DNA of 64,000 nucleotides from Synechococcus sp. (GTDB lineage Bacteria; Cyanobacteriota; Cyanobacteriia; Thermostichales; PCC-7336): NCBI GenBank assembly GCA_051439425.1, contig JBFRWD010000153.1, positions 1 to 64,000 of the forward strand, read 5' to 3'. Shown piece by piece: positions 18,547 to 28,296 of this stretch (position 1 is its first letter; each line of letters starts with the position of its first letter). The notes under the pieces were generated by a model. It saw only the letters and a program-made list of their open reading frames with translations, ran no database searches and was not told where the DNA came from. The position numbers and the translations under genes were made by a program.

Positions 18547-20814
18547 TCAAAGACAGTTGCCCGTGCCGTAATCAACCACTAACGCATCCAAATCTATAGA
18601 ACCGTTTTCTAGATAGCTGAACCCTTCTGGGTACGGAATACCCAGCACCTTTTGACCTTCAGTCCGAATCGTCAATAGTTCCCGCCCCACCTCTGTACCG
18701 TGAATCAGGGTCTGCACGTTGGCTGGCCCCAACCGCACATTGCGACTGTTCATCAGATATATGAGACCGGCGCGCGGCAGCTCGCGCATAGCCCCAAAGG
18801 ACGTAACCATGACGTTGTCGCAATTCACAAACGCCAAAATACCGGTTGTCGCTTCCCGCTTAATTCCCCCCCAGATCGCAACATTGCGTGAATTTCGAAC
18901 CAAACAATCGACGTAACGAACCCTGTCCTTCTTGCCCCCTTCGTAGTTGTGGCAATAGAGGTTAACTCCGTCGCAACGATCGATGAGTACCGACAGGTTA
19001 TCGTTCCCCTGTCTGGGACTCGGCGTCCCCACCCAGTCAATGTGGGTGTCGTTCCCCTGTCCGAAAAACAATCCGCAGGCAAAGTCCGTAAACAGTTGAT
19101 TGCGAAAGGAATGATTGACCCCTTGTGGTTCGCGCTCGTAGTGTTGCCGGGTACGCAGAATGTACTGACTGCCTCGGCCTCGCCAATGCACAAACCCACA
19201 ACCGTAATCGAACTGGCTTGGGGTCTTCACGGAAAGGGTACCGAGATAGTTATCGGCGTCTTTTGACTTGTGGGTACGGATGGCGGGAATAAACCGATTG
19301 GGGCGATCGCTCAGGACTAGCTCAATGCAGGCACCGTAACCAAACGTGGCTCCAAACATACGCGTCCCTTTCGGCATATCGATGGTTTCGGCAAACCGAT
19401 AGGGTTCATGACTCTCGTTGTCCCTGCCAAACAACGGAAAAAACACGTTACCGTGTCCCTCCTCCAAAGCAATTTGAAACGCCTTCTGAATAGCTGCAGT
19501 GTTTTGCTGGGGGGTATTACCGGGATCGCCCCCCACTCGCTCGTCTGTGAAGCGAACCACCTTCGTCTTGCCGCCAGCCTCAAACTGCAGCACCCCGAGC
19601 GGCAGCCTATGTCGAGAGCGTAAGTTACAGGGAGGCTCCCCACCGACCGCAATATCCTGTCGTGCCTCGATCTCAGACTGCTGAGAATCGACAATGGCAT
19701 GGGTGGTAAACACATCCTCCCCGCTCTGGCGAGGATCGGTATTGACCACCAGTTTCAGGTGATTCCACTTCCCCGCCTCCAACGTCACTGGCCGACTGCC
19801 ATTTTTCACCAGCACGCTACCCCCTTTCACCCAACAATCTTGGATGTACAGCGTTTTGTTGGGGCTATTGTCGATCGGGGGGTGGCGATCTTCGTCTGTA
19901 ATCTCTACCTGACAGTGCACCATCGACAGAATGTTGTAGCCTGTCGCTTTACGTCCGTCGACCTTCAGAATCGAACCACTCTGCTTAACAATTTTGCAGC
20001 CGATCAAATTCAGCGGTGCTAGCCCCTTGTGTCGAACCACTTCCCCAGATTGATTGATAAACTCGCAGCCAATCAAGGTCTCACCTGCGCCCCCAACCCC
20101 CGCTTCAGGGCCTACGACAACAGCATGCCGTCCCCCCACAACCCTCAACCCGTATCCACCGTAGTTACGGCCGGGAATACCGGCAAATCCCCCGTACCCT
20201 CCGCGTGCGTCTATTTCCAAGTTGGTCAGCATCGCCCCTTGGGCTGCCGCCATCCCAATACCGAACGCGCCAGGATTTCGCCCAGTGGTGATTTTGAATC
20301 CTCTCAAGTCCACATTAAAAATCAAGCTTGCGTTGCGTCTTGTCCCTCGGGGAGCACCAAACGGATGGTTCCAAGGCACCCCATCCACCGGCGCATTGCC
20401 GTCAGGGTACCGATCGTCCCAACGAATCACCGCATAGTGAGCGACCTGCAATACTGGCCGGGGGTTATTGGCATCTCCAAACCCTCTGGCCCCATCAATC
20501 AAGCGAATCTCGGGTACGCTATCCAGTTCCCGAGAACCAACGATCGCCACTGTGTTGGTATTCCAGGGATTCCTCCCCTGTTTGTCAGATGGTTCGCGCG
20601 TGGATCGGCCCCACCAAGCAATCGGCTTATGGGTATACAGCAAAGGAACATCCAGCAACACTGCCAAATGCTTCTCTCGCGCTAAAGCAACGGCTTGTTG
20701 AATCCCATCGCTGGAGTCCCGTTCCCGACCGGGGTAGATGCCGCGGCATTGGCTGATCGGCAAATATCCATCCAGATAGTGACGGGAGTTCTTAATCGCT
20801 CTGGTCAACTGCAC
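18547..20814 (-). CDS. Hypothetical protein, probable pectin-lyase-like beta-helix (glycoside hydrolase-related)
   Basis: 755-aa ORF; two pectate-lyase-3-like starts (DSSDGIQQAV; QNTAAIQKAF...GNVFFP...YRF.ETI.MPKGT.MFGA); start uncertain. Confidence 0.55.
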   Translation of the reverse strand: MQLTRAIKNSRHYLDGYLPISQCRGIYPGRERDSSDGIQQAVALAREKHLAVLLDVPLLYTHKPIAWWGRSTREPSDKQGRNPWNTNTVAIVGSRELDSVPEIRLIDGARGFGDANNPRPVLQVAHYAVIRWDDRYPDGNAPVDGVPWNHPFGAPRGTRRNASLIFNVDLRGFKITTGRNPGAFGIGMAAAQGAMLTNLEIDARGGYGGFAGIPGRNYGGYGLRVVGGRHAVVVGPEAGVGGAGETLIGCEFINQSGEVVRHKGLAPLNLIGCKIVKQSGSILKVDGRKATGYNILSMVHCQVEITDEDRHPPIDNSPNKTLYIQDCWVKGGSVLVKNGSRPVTLEAGKWNHLKLVVNTDPRQSGEDVFTTHAIVDSQQSEIEARQDIAVGGEPPCNLRSRHRLPLGVLQFEAGGKTKVVRFTDERVGGDPGNTPQQNTAAIQKAFQIALEEGHGNVFFPLFGRDNESHEPYRFAETIDMPKGTRMFGATFGYGACIELVLSDRPNRFIPAIRTHKSKDADNYLGTLSVKTPSQFDYGCGFVHWRGRGSQYILRTRQHYEREPQGVNHSFRNQLFTDFACGLFFGQGNDTHIDWVGTPSPRQGNDNLSVLIDRCDGVNLYCHNYEGGKKDRVRYVDCLVRNSRNVAIWGGIKREATTGILAFVNCDNVMVTSFGAMRELPRAGLIYLMNSRNVRLGPANVQTLIHGTEVGRELLTIRTEGQKVLGIPYPEGFSYLENGSIDLDALVVDYGTGNCL

Positions 20815-21146
20815 GAGAGTGAATGCTGATGGTTTTGCATAGCTACTATAGCTTCAGGGAAATAGAGACATTGGGTTTTCGAGCTTATCTCCTTGCCTGC
20901 AGGTGTTTGAGCTGTCTTACCTCGATTGACGTTTGACCTGACAGCGCGACGTGCCTGAATTGAAATGACAGCTGTTGCCTTCATTTCTAGGATCGCCTAC
21001 CGTGCAGAAGGCCCCCTTCAGGATGTGCGTAGATTGATTGGCTTTATTGTCTTTGTTTGCCTGTTCGTTCTGTATCTGGTGTTATCTGCCTTGACAGAAA
21101 TGGGTACCCGTTGGCCTTGGCGTCGGTAACCGTTAAACTCCCGCAC

Positions 21147-22412
21147 TTAAGCTCTGACTCGACGACGAATTCGCATCCCGCTGTCTTTGGCCTCAATCAA
21201 CTCCTCTCGCTTCTCTAGCGCTGGCTGAACCACTTCCATCAAATTTTCAATCAGGTCAGCGCAGTCAAAATACGGGAACACATCCAGTACCCAGTTGTAT
21301 TTCTGCTGCAGGTCACGGAACATCGCAAACGGGCGCTCGCCGTCTTGCAGGATGGGAGCAAACGGAATCATGTAATCGGGGACAGTGGCTTGTAGCTCCA
21401 GCGGGGTGGATTTGGGGTTGGTGATGTCGGCAATAATAAAGGCACTCATCCCGGCCAGTGTTTTGACCGTTTCCGTGAAATCGCGATCGGTAGGTCGCTC
21501 GAAGTCGAACACCATCGGCAAAAAGTCGCGCCGACGCAACTCGGCTCGCACGGCATCCAAGATTTCCTTACGCCCCTCTCCGGTAAATCGCCCCAAAATC
21601 AGCACCCCTTTGCTACCCACCGTGGTCAGCACATCGCGAATTTTCTGATTGCTGAGCATGAGATAGACAAATTGGGCCACTTCCAGATCGTCTACCGTCA
21701 CCTCTGCTTCGTTCTCGCGGGTGACAATGAGGCTGTGCTGCTCGGTTCCGGCTAAATCCAAATTCCAGGCAGAAATGCCGTAGACATGACAGCGCTGCAG
21801 GATTGTATGTTCCAACTGCGTTTCCACCAGCCGCGCTTGGCTAAGATTTGTTCCCGTTAAGTCAGTTTTGCGATCGCTGGTCCCGTTTAAAATTGCCCGC
21901 GTCAGATCCGCCGATACCATAGACGTTTCACCAAAGGCGGCATGGGTCAGCACTGCCTCGGTCAAATCTGCCTTCATGAAGCTGGTGCGACAGAGGATTG
22001 ACTCGGTCAGGTCGGCCTCAAATAGATTGGCAGCTCCTAAATAAGCATCACTTAAATCCGCCCGCAAAAATTTAGCATTGGCCAAGCAGGCTTCGCTTAA
22101 AATCGCCCCAACCAAACTGGCATCTGCAAAATTGGCACCACTGGCGATCGCTTGATGCAATTCTGCATCCTCCAAACTGCCCCCTTCTAGATCGACTCCC
22201 CGCAGGTCTGCATAATTCAGCTCGGCTCCATCCAGAGTGCAGCCGCGTAAATTAGCGTTTAGTAAGCGAGTATGTGTCCAGTCAATTCCCTCCAGATTTT
22301 GGCCGGAGAGATCGGCACGACTCAGATCGGGTTCAATCTCGGATTGCGATCGCCACTGATTCCAGACCTCGACCCCCTGTTTCAAGATCGCTAGATGTTC
22401 TGCATCTGCCAT
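21147..22412 (-). CDS. Pentapeptide-repeat protein with C-terminal alpha/beta domain
   Basis: MADAEHLAILKQGVEVWNQWR cap, A(D/N)Lxx repeats, then VLILGRF...FIIADITNPKSTPLEL. Confidence 0.9.
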   Translation of the reverse strand: MADAEHLAILKQGVEVWNQWRSQSEIEPDLSRADLSGQNLEGIDWTHTRLLNANLRGCTLDGAELNYADLRGVDLEGGSLEDAELHQAIASGANFADASLVGAILSEACLANAKFLRADLSDAYLGAANLFEADLTESILCRTSFMKADLTEAVLTHAAFGETSMVSADLTRAILNGTSDRKTDLTGTNLSQARLVETQLEHTILQRCHVYGISAWNLDLAGTEQHSLIVTRENEAEVTVDDLEVAQFVYLMLSNQKIRDVLTTVGSKGVLILGRFTGEGRKEILDAVRAELRRRDFLPMVFDFERPTDRDFTETVKTLAGMSAFIIADITNPKSTPLELQATVPDYMIPFAPILQDGERPFAMFRDLQQKYNWVLDVFPYFDCADLIENLMEVVQPALEKREELIEAKDSGMRIRRRVRA

Positions 22413-22639
22413 AACCTGCAGCCAATGTCATTGCTATCGAAGGGCAATCTCATGGTGCCCAGATCGCTGGCTCTGGGCGCTTGCGGCTGTTCGAGCGCTG
22501 AAGCAGAACTCAACTCACGCAAGATGGCAACAGTAAATGCGTTCCAGCGGCGATTTTCCCAAACGGTAGCCTGCATTTATCTTTTTTATTCGCTTGTGCA
22601 GTCCAATAGATCGGTAGCACTGCAGTAACCACCCTCCAC

Positions 22640-23710
22640 ATGCTTGCTCCCAACCGCAGAATTTACGAACTCGATGCCATCAGAGGAATAGGGGCGATCG
22701 CCGTTGTCCTCTATCATCTGTTTCGCCGATACGACCAAATTTATGGTCACAGTTTTTCCGTATCGGACACGTTTTCCTACGGACGGTTAGGGGTGGAGTT
22801 ATTTTTCCTACTCAGCGGATTCGTGATTCTGATTAGCCTGGAGCGGGTCAAGAACTGGATGGATTTTCCAGTCTCCAGATTTGCCAGACTGTTTCCGGCC
22901 TATTGGTTTGCTGTCATTCTGACGTTTTCGGCGATCGCTCTGTTTGGTCTTCCGGGTCGGGAAACCAGCATCCACGATGCCCTGCTCAATTTGACGATGC
23001 TACAGGGATATATGCGTGGTGTGAGTGATGTGGATGGAGTGTATTGGACTCTCACCAAAGAGCTTTCCTTTTATGCCCTGATGTACGTACTACTGCTGTC
23101 CAAACAGCTAAGGAATATTGAATATTGGTGTGCGGGCTGGTTGGGGTTGAGTTTGGCCTACGAACTGAAGCTTGACAGTTTATTTCAAGGGCATTGGTCC
23201 TATGTTGTGTTCAATCAGTTGCTGATTGCAGACTATGCACATTTGTTTATCGCAGGTATTTGTTTCTACAAGATTTATACGCGGCGATCGTCTGATGTAA
23301 CGGTAGCTTTGTTGGTTGGCTCTCTATTTACCAATGGGCTGCTGTACGAAGATTTTCGACTGTTTTGGGTGGCTTCGTTTTACTGCATATTTCTCATTCT
23401 TACCCTGGTTCCGGTTCACTTTCTCCAGCATAAATTTCTGCTGTCTCTGGGTGGGCTCACCTACAGTCTGTATCTGATACACCAAAATATTTCTTACATC
23501 ATCATTCGCAAGGGATACGAGTTCGGCTTGCCTGGTTTAGCCTCAACATTTGCAGCTTTCGCTATTTCCATCGGGTTGGCATACGTTGCGACTCGCTTCA
23601 TTGAGATACCTGTAAACAATGCCATTCGCTCTAAGTACAAGCAGTGGCAATTGACGCGACAATTGCCCGAGCAAGAGACAACGCCTGCGGCTGAACTGGT
23701 GAAACGATAA
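22640..23710 (+). CDS. Acyltransferase family 3 (OafA-like membrane O-acyltransferase)
   Basis: LDAIRGIGA..VVLYH, GVELFFLLSGF, RFARLFPAY, YWTL.KE, YSLYLIH. Confidence 0.92.
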   Translation: MLAPNRRIYELDAIRGIGAIAVVLYHLFRRYDQIYGHSFSVSDTFSYGRLGVELFFLLSGFVILISLERVKNWMDFPVSRFARLFPAYWFAVILTFSAIALFGLPGRETSIHDALLNLTMLQGYMRGVSDVDGVYWTLTKELSFYALMYVLLLSKQLRNIEYWCAGWLGLSLAYELKLDSLFQGHWSYVVFNQLLIADYAHLFIAGICFYKIYTRRSSDVTVALLVGSLFTNGLLYEDFRLFWVASFYCIFLILTLVPVHFLQHKFLLSLGGLTYSLYLIHQNISYIIIRKGYEFGLPGLASTFAAFAISIGLAYVATRFIEIPVNNAIRSKYKQWQLTRQLPEQETTPAAELVKR

Positions 23711-23877
23711 CGGGGAAGTGGTGGCAGGAATTTTTTACAGGCTAGGCACCTTCGAACCCTTCGCCACAGCCAGTCTTTCTCCCCACCAGCCTAACAGTCT
23801 CAATCCGCTCAATCTGCAGCAAATATGGGTGGATAAAACCACTCGCTACCCCCTGAAAGAACCTTGAGCGGAGTCTG

Positions 23878-23931
23878 CAAACGAAGCGAATCCTGCATTC
23901 GCTCCAGCAGCCTCTTTGGACCTTTTTGCAT
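23878..23931 (-). pseudogene. 5' stub of an integron integrase (intI remnant)
   Basis: Hand translation from the ATG at 23931 gives MQKGPKRLLERMQDSLRL, resembling IntI N-termini (P-K-x-L-L-x-x-x-x-x-x-x-R-L); divergent from the attI-like site; similarity stops after 18 codons. Confidence 0.55.
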
Positions 23932-24091
23932 GGCTTTTGCGCAGGTTCATTCGGATTAATCACCAACTCATGGAGCTTGGGCGGATAAAAACATGGAAAG
24001 AGAGCGAACAGGCACAGAAACAATCCGCCTATTCTCGGGCATAAGGGATATTATGCAGACTATCTGTCCTGCTAAACGCCGTTTGTAGGTG

Positions 24092-24168
24092 ATTAGGCGG
24101 ATGAGTTCCTCTTATTCACCCAAATGAGGATGTTAGGCGGAAAACTTCTACTAATCAATAGTTAGGCT
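24092..24168 (+). other. attI-like integron recombination site
   Basis: Simple site CTAATCAATA-GTTAGGC (GTTRRRY core at 24161) preceded by two direct repeats TTAGGCGGA (24093, 24133). Confidence 0.7.
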
Positions 24169-24186
24169 GCAGGTCAGGAGAAGGGC

Positions 24187-24903
24187 ATGAGGAGTGTCAG
24201 GATACACCTTGCAAACAAGATCGACAGAAAAGTGTTGCCTTGTATGGGTGGCGGCAATGCTGCGGGGATAAGTGTTCCACAGGATCTTATGAAGGCTCTT
24301 GGAGTTGAGGAGGGTGCTAGGGTCCGGGTCATTGATTTCCAGAAAAGAGTCTCGATTCCAGTCAGGGCTTACCACACGGACTTCCAGCAAGTCGGAGTTT
24401 CAAGGCCCGTGAGGGAAGCCCTAGGGTGGGCGCTTAATCCTCAAAGTACCCCTGGAATTTCGCCATATCGCAACCTCCAAATTCGCATCACTCCTTTCGA
24501 GTACGACTTTGCCATTTCCTATGCAAGCGAGAGGCGCGACTATGCCCGGGGCCTGGCAGAACAACTAACCTCGGCAGGGTTTCAGGTTTTCTTCGATCAA
24601 GATAAGAGGCATGTTCTCCACGGCAGATTCCTGCCGGAGGTCTTTGACAGGATCTATGGAGGTAATTCTGATCGATACGCGGTACTTGTATCCCGCGAGT
24701 ATTTGGAAAAGCGCTGGACCATGCTGGAGTTCCAGACAATCAAATCCTGGTTCATATCCCAGAACCGGGATCTGCTCTTCCCAATACAGCTGGATGAAGC
24801 CCAGTTGCCGGAGATGGAAGACTTAGCATACTTGGATGGCCGCTCCCTAAGTATTGCAGAGGTAGCGGAAGTGATGGTGCAGGGCATCTTCGAGGAAGAG
24901 TAG
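24187..24903 (+). CDS. TIR-domain protein, first integron cassette
   Basis: TIR box YDFAISYASE.R.YA, VFFD, VLVSREYLEKRWTMLEF (putative catalytic Glu), LFPIQLD; about 100-aa N-terminal beta-rich domain. Confidence 0.88.
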   Translation: MRSVRIHLANKIDRKVLPCMGGGNAAGISVPQDLMKALGVEEGARVRVIDFQKRVSIPVRAYHTDFQQVGVSRPVREALGWALNPQSTPGISPYRNLQIRITPFEYDFAISYASERRDYARGLAEQLTSAGFQVFFDQDKRHVLHGRFLPEVFDRIYGGNSDRYAVLVSREYLEKRWTMLEFQTIKSWFISQNRDLLFPIQLDEAQLPEMEDLAYLDGRSLSIAEVAEVMVQGIFEEE

Positions 24904-24973
24904 CCTAACTAGCCACAGCAACCGACAGAGCGCGGCATTACGCGCTCGGCGGCTGAGTGGCGGACTGTTAGGA
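24903..24973 (+). other. attC site (71 bp)
   Basis: R'' GCCTAAC overlapping the TIR stop, imperfect palindrome (CCACAGC..GAGCGCG/CGCGCTC..GCTGAGTGG), R' GTTAGGA; AGCCTAAC is the exact reverse complement of the cassette start GTTAGGCT at 24161. Confidence 0.88.
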
Positions 24974-24986
24974 GTAGAAAGACCAT

Positions 24987-25598
24987 ATGGATCGGTATTC
25001 GATAGTACTAAGGGCCGCCAACCCCACGTTCGAGGAAGGTCTGGCATATGTCCGCTACCTTGACCAAGCAGCCGATGGGTTCTTCCACCTTATGCTCGGT
25101 CGCCGTACCGAGGACATAATCGCCACGGCGTTCCTAGAGCCCGGCCACGACCTTTCCTACCAGAACGTGACTTTCGCAGAACGTGACGATGTCATCGTGG
25201 GGATGGTCTGTGCGTACACCGCGGAGCAGCATCGCCATTCTTTGCGCCAACCCCTGAAGCGGGCTGCCGGAGGGTTTAATCTGCGAATGAGGATCGTGGA
25301 GATATTGTTCGCTCCAATGAGGCGGATTATCGACTCAATCGCCGATGGCGATTTCTATCTCCTTGCCATCGCCGTTGACAACGAACTTCGCGGCGACGGC
25401 GTCGGCTCCGTCTTGATGGACTTCGTTGAAGAGCGGGCTCGCGCGAGCAGATCGACTCGAATTTCCCTCGACGTTTCAGCTAGGAATGAGGGAGCTTGCC
25501 GATTCTACGAGCGTCGCGGGATGGGAGTCGAAACCCAGTGGCCGACGCGATTTCCTATACCGGGATTGACGTTCTATCGAATGACAAAAGAGCTCTGA
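24987..25598 (+). CDS. GNAT-family N-acetyltransferase, second integron cassette
   Basis: YLLAIAVDNELRGDGVGS (motif A), N.GA.RFYERRG; starts 13 nt after the attC. Confidence 0.9.
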   Translation: MDRYSIVLRAANPTFEEGLAYVRYLDQAADGFFHLMLGRRTEDIIATAFLEPGHDLSYQNVTFAERDDVIVGMVCAYTAEQHRHSLRQPLKRAAGGFNLRMRIVEILFAPMRRIIDSIADGDFYLLAIAVDNELRGDGVGSVLMDFVEERARASRSTRISLDVSARNEGACRFYERRGMGVETQWPTRFPIPGLTFYRMTKEL

Positions 25599-25835
25599 TC
25601 CTTCAACGGATACCGTCTTTGATTGCATCTATTGAGAATGATTGGGGCGAAATAAGAGTTATGGCCGAAATTAGAATATGCCATACAGGATCGAATCTCT
25701 TGTCAACATCAGCTATTGAAACGTGGTAAACAAATCGGGGATAAGATTGGACCTTCTCTGAAACCGATCGCATGGCCCTTCGTCTTGCACAGACGCCGAG
25801 AGACATGATAGGTGGCGAGCTCGTCCCCACAGCAA

Positions 25836-25966
25836 GGACTGAATAATATTGAATTTGATAGAGTGATTTTGAAAATCTAGATTTCCCTGCGGAAAGCTTT
25901 GACGCGATTATTTGTGATTTTTTCCTGCATTTAGCAGGCAAATATAAGTCTTCTTCGTACGAGTGA
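25836..25966 (+). pseudogene. Frameshifted fragment of a class I SAM methyltransferase
   Basis: GLNNIEF then, in a shifted frame, SDFENLDFPAESFDAIIC. Confidence 0.45.
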
Positions 25967-26055
25967 AGTTAATTCGCTTGATGTATCTGTTTTATATGCT
26001 GTGGCACAGAAACTCGTGGTCAGAATAGCTAAAACTAAAAAGTAATACTTTTTGG

Positions 26056-26256
26056 ATGAAGCGGCACATGATGAACAAAGATAAGGAGCCTATCCTCCTA
26101 GATTCGACAGACGAACAAGCGGTTGAAGCTCTGGTAATGTCTCTCATTCAGGCTCAGTCTATTGAGTACGTTATCCTGAACGAACACAAAGAGGACATCA
26201 CTGACGAGATCCGAAAGCTCGTGTCACTCAAGACCAGAATTTTAAAAGGCCGGTAA
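26056..26256 (+). CDS. Small hypothetical protein
   Basis: 66-aa ORF with protein-like composition; no motif recognised. Confidence 0.35.
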   Translation: MKRHMMNKDKEPILLDSTDEQAVEALVMSLIQAQSIEYVILNEHKEDITDEIRKLVSLKTRILKGR

Positions 26257-26634
26257 CAAGGGAATTGTACATTCACTTCCAGGCAAGCCGTTTGAAACGG
26301 TTTGTCGCAATGGTCTTATAGTGGGTATGGCTGCGTTTTGGAGGCTGTCAACACATGTGTGTAGTGACAATGTTTGCGGCACCAGAAGGGATAATCGTGA
26401 AAAAAGACTTTGAGCCCGGGCAAGCGAGGTAACCTCGCCCCAATGTCAGCAGGCCAAAAAGTATTGGTATCTAGCCAGATGATGAAGTTCTGGACGAACT
26501 GAAGCTGCTTGCGGGTTGGGAAAGCCTTGGACCACTGCTGACTGCAGACCTTAGGCTGCGATCGCGAGTTTAAAGCAAGGGATAGACAAGTTAACCCATC
26601 AGCTTCGCAATCCAATCTGTGCAAAGCTTTGAGG

Positions 26635-26710
26635 GTGAGCATAAGTTACAAGCGTCATCGCTTCCCCTCCGAAATCATCTCGTACTGTGTCTGGCTTTAC
26701 TACACTTTCT
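26635..26710 (+). mobile_element. IS6-family transposase N-terminal fragment
   Basis: SYKRHRFPSEIISYCVWLYYTF is the typical IS6-family transposase start; truncated. Confidence 0.75.
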
Positions 26711-26746
26711 TTTGTGAACCACCCTCATGCAAAGCGAGAGCTGAGC

Positions 26747-27076
26747 TTAGTACACGCCATAGTTCTCTCTCGACCCTTGCTCATCCGCATCGGCATAGCC
26801 TTGCGAATAACCAACATCAAAGCCGCTCTGTAGGCCTATCATGTACCATGCAGCTGCTGCGTAGACCTCGCAACTTTCTGACCATTCTTGGTTGCTTTGT
26901 GACATGCACTGATTAAAGTTGTTGCGCAGCAGCTCAGGGGCATGCTCCTCGCCAACACTCTCGACAGCTTGAGCGATAACCTCTTGGACGTCTGTGTAAG
27001 TCCACGTCTGTGCATTGGTCGGAAGAGCACAAAAAGTGAAAAGGGCTAACAAACCGGAAAGAAGTAGAGCTTTCAT
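26747..27076 (-). CDS. Small secreted hypothetical protein
   Basis: Signal peptide MKALLLSGLLALFTFCALPTNAQ; Cys pair. Confidence 0.65.
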   Translation of the reverse strand: MKALLLSGLLALFTFCALPTNAQTWTYTDVQEVIAQAVESVGEEHAPELLRNNFNQCMSQSNQEWSESCEVYAAAAWYMIGLQSGFDVGYSQGYADADEQGSRENYGVY

Positions 27077-27454
27077 GATGTATTCCCCAAGATATACCGG
27101 GAACACGTTCATACCGTTGAGTCAGAGGGTGAGCTTAGAACTGGCGAGAAACAAACACGAGTTGTGAGTTAGTTCACTGGCTTAAGCAAGCCTATACGTA
27201 AGCTTTACTCGGATCGCTTATGTCACCTCCAGCTACCCAGATGAGTAACTGTATGTGTCCTTATTCGTGGAGGAAGGAATCCTCCAACTCTATTTTCATA
27301 CAATTGAGAGGAGAAAAGAACACTCTTAATCACCTGTTATGTAGTCATTCTGAATCGAAGTATCATCTACAGTAGAGCCTCATCCATACCAAAGGAGCAT
27401 CAGACTACTTTTGATACACCAGGCATACTTAAACAATCAATTATTGGGAAAACA

Positions 27455-27592
27455 GGCACTGTCAACTTAACTTTTCTTACGGGAGCCAGTTGAGAATTGA
27501 GTCATTAGAATAATGAGTGAATAGGCTTAGAGGAGGATTGATCGAGATAATTTTCAATAATTAGTGTCGATCTTAGTTAAGTCGACAGTAAA
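27455..27592. mobile_element. Miniature IS6-like element (MITE)
   Basis: GGCACTGTCAACTTAACT at the left end and AGTTAAGTCGACAGT at the right end (14/15 inverted match); no ORF inside. Confidence 0.6.
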
Positions 27593-28296
27593 CGGTACGC
27601 AAGTTCACGGACCGGGGCGGCCACCAGGTTCAGCAGAAGGCAATAGGGATTCAAATTGCCATTGATGCTCACTTAGGTCGCTTGGATAAGATGATGGGTT
27701 CATCGCCAATCAGGCCTGCTTTATGTCAATTACAAATTAAAACTCGTTGTTTTTCTACTTTTCAGACAGACTCCGAAGGTGCACCATCAACATAATTTTT
27801 CTGACAAGGAATAGTTGGGTATAAACTCATTAAACCAACGACAGAATTACCTTTACAAAGAAAAATGAAACTGAATCTCAAGAATGAGCTGCTCTAAGTT
27901 AAGTTAGAAATGCCTTTTTTGTTCGCTAGTGTTACGACATCAGCATTATTTTTCGAAACAGTCTAGTCATTAATATGACTCTTTCAATTGAGCACGATCG
28001 TAAAGTTTTACTGGTCTGACAATGACAGTCTTCGTTAATATATATAAATAAGAATCAATGGGTTCTGTAGGTCTGATATCATTCATGCTATAGAGTTAAT
28101 CTATTCTATCGAAAGAATCTGTGTCATCAAATAAAATATTTTCTTGCAGATTTAATTTGCATTGCACTCAGTCGTTGAATAATCGATTAGCCTTAAGACA
28201 ATCTGGGTCGAGTGCTAGTAGTTGATTATGTTTTCTCTTTCTGTATACAGAATTGTTCGAGAGCTATTGCTTGATTAATGTCTGTGAGGAAAATTA

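Noticed and set aside
23742..24023. 93-aa ORF on the minus strand
   Set aside because: No protein-like features; it overlaps the intI stub in another frame and the integron promoter region.
25596..25680. attC after the GNAT cassette
   Set aside because: The expected CTCCTAAC is absent (only TCCTTCAAC), and no palindrome or GTTRRRY was found; probably deleted.
26341..26370. Possible IS256-like terminal sequence GAGGCTGTCAACACATGTGTGTA
   Set aside because: No partner end or recognisable transposase sequence nearby.
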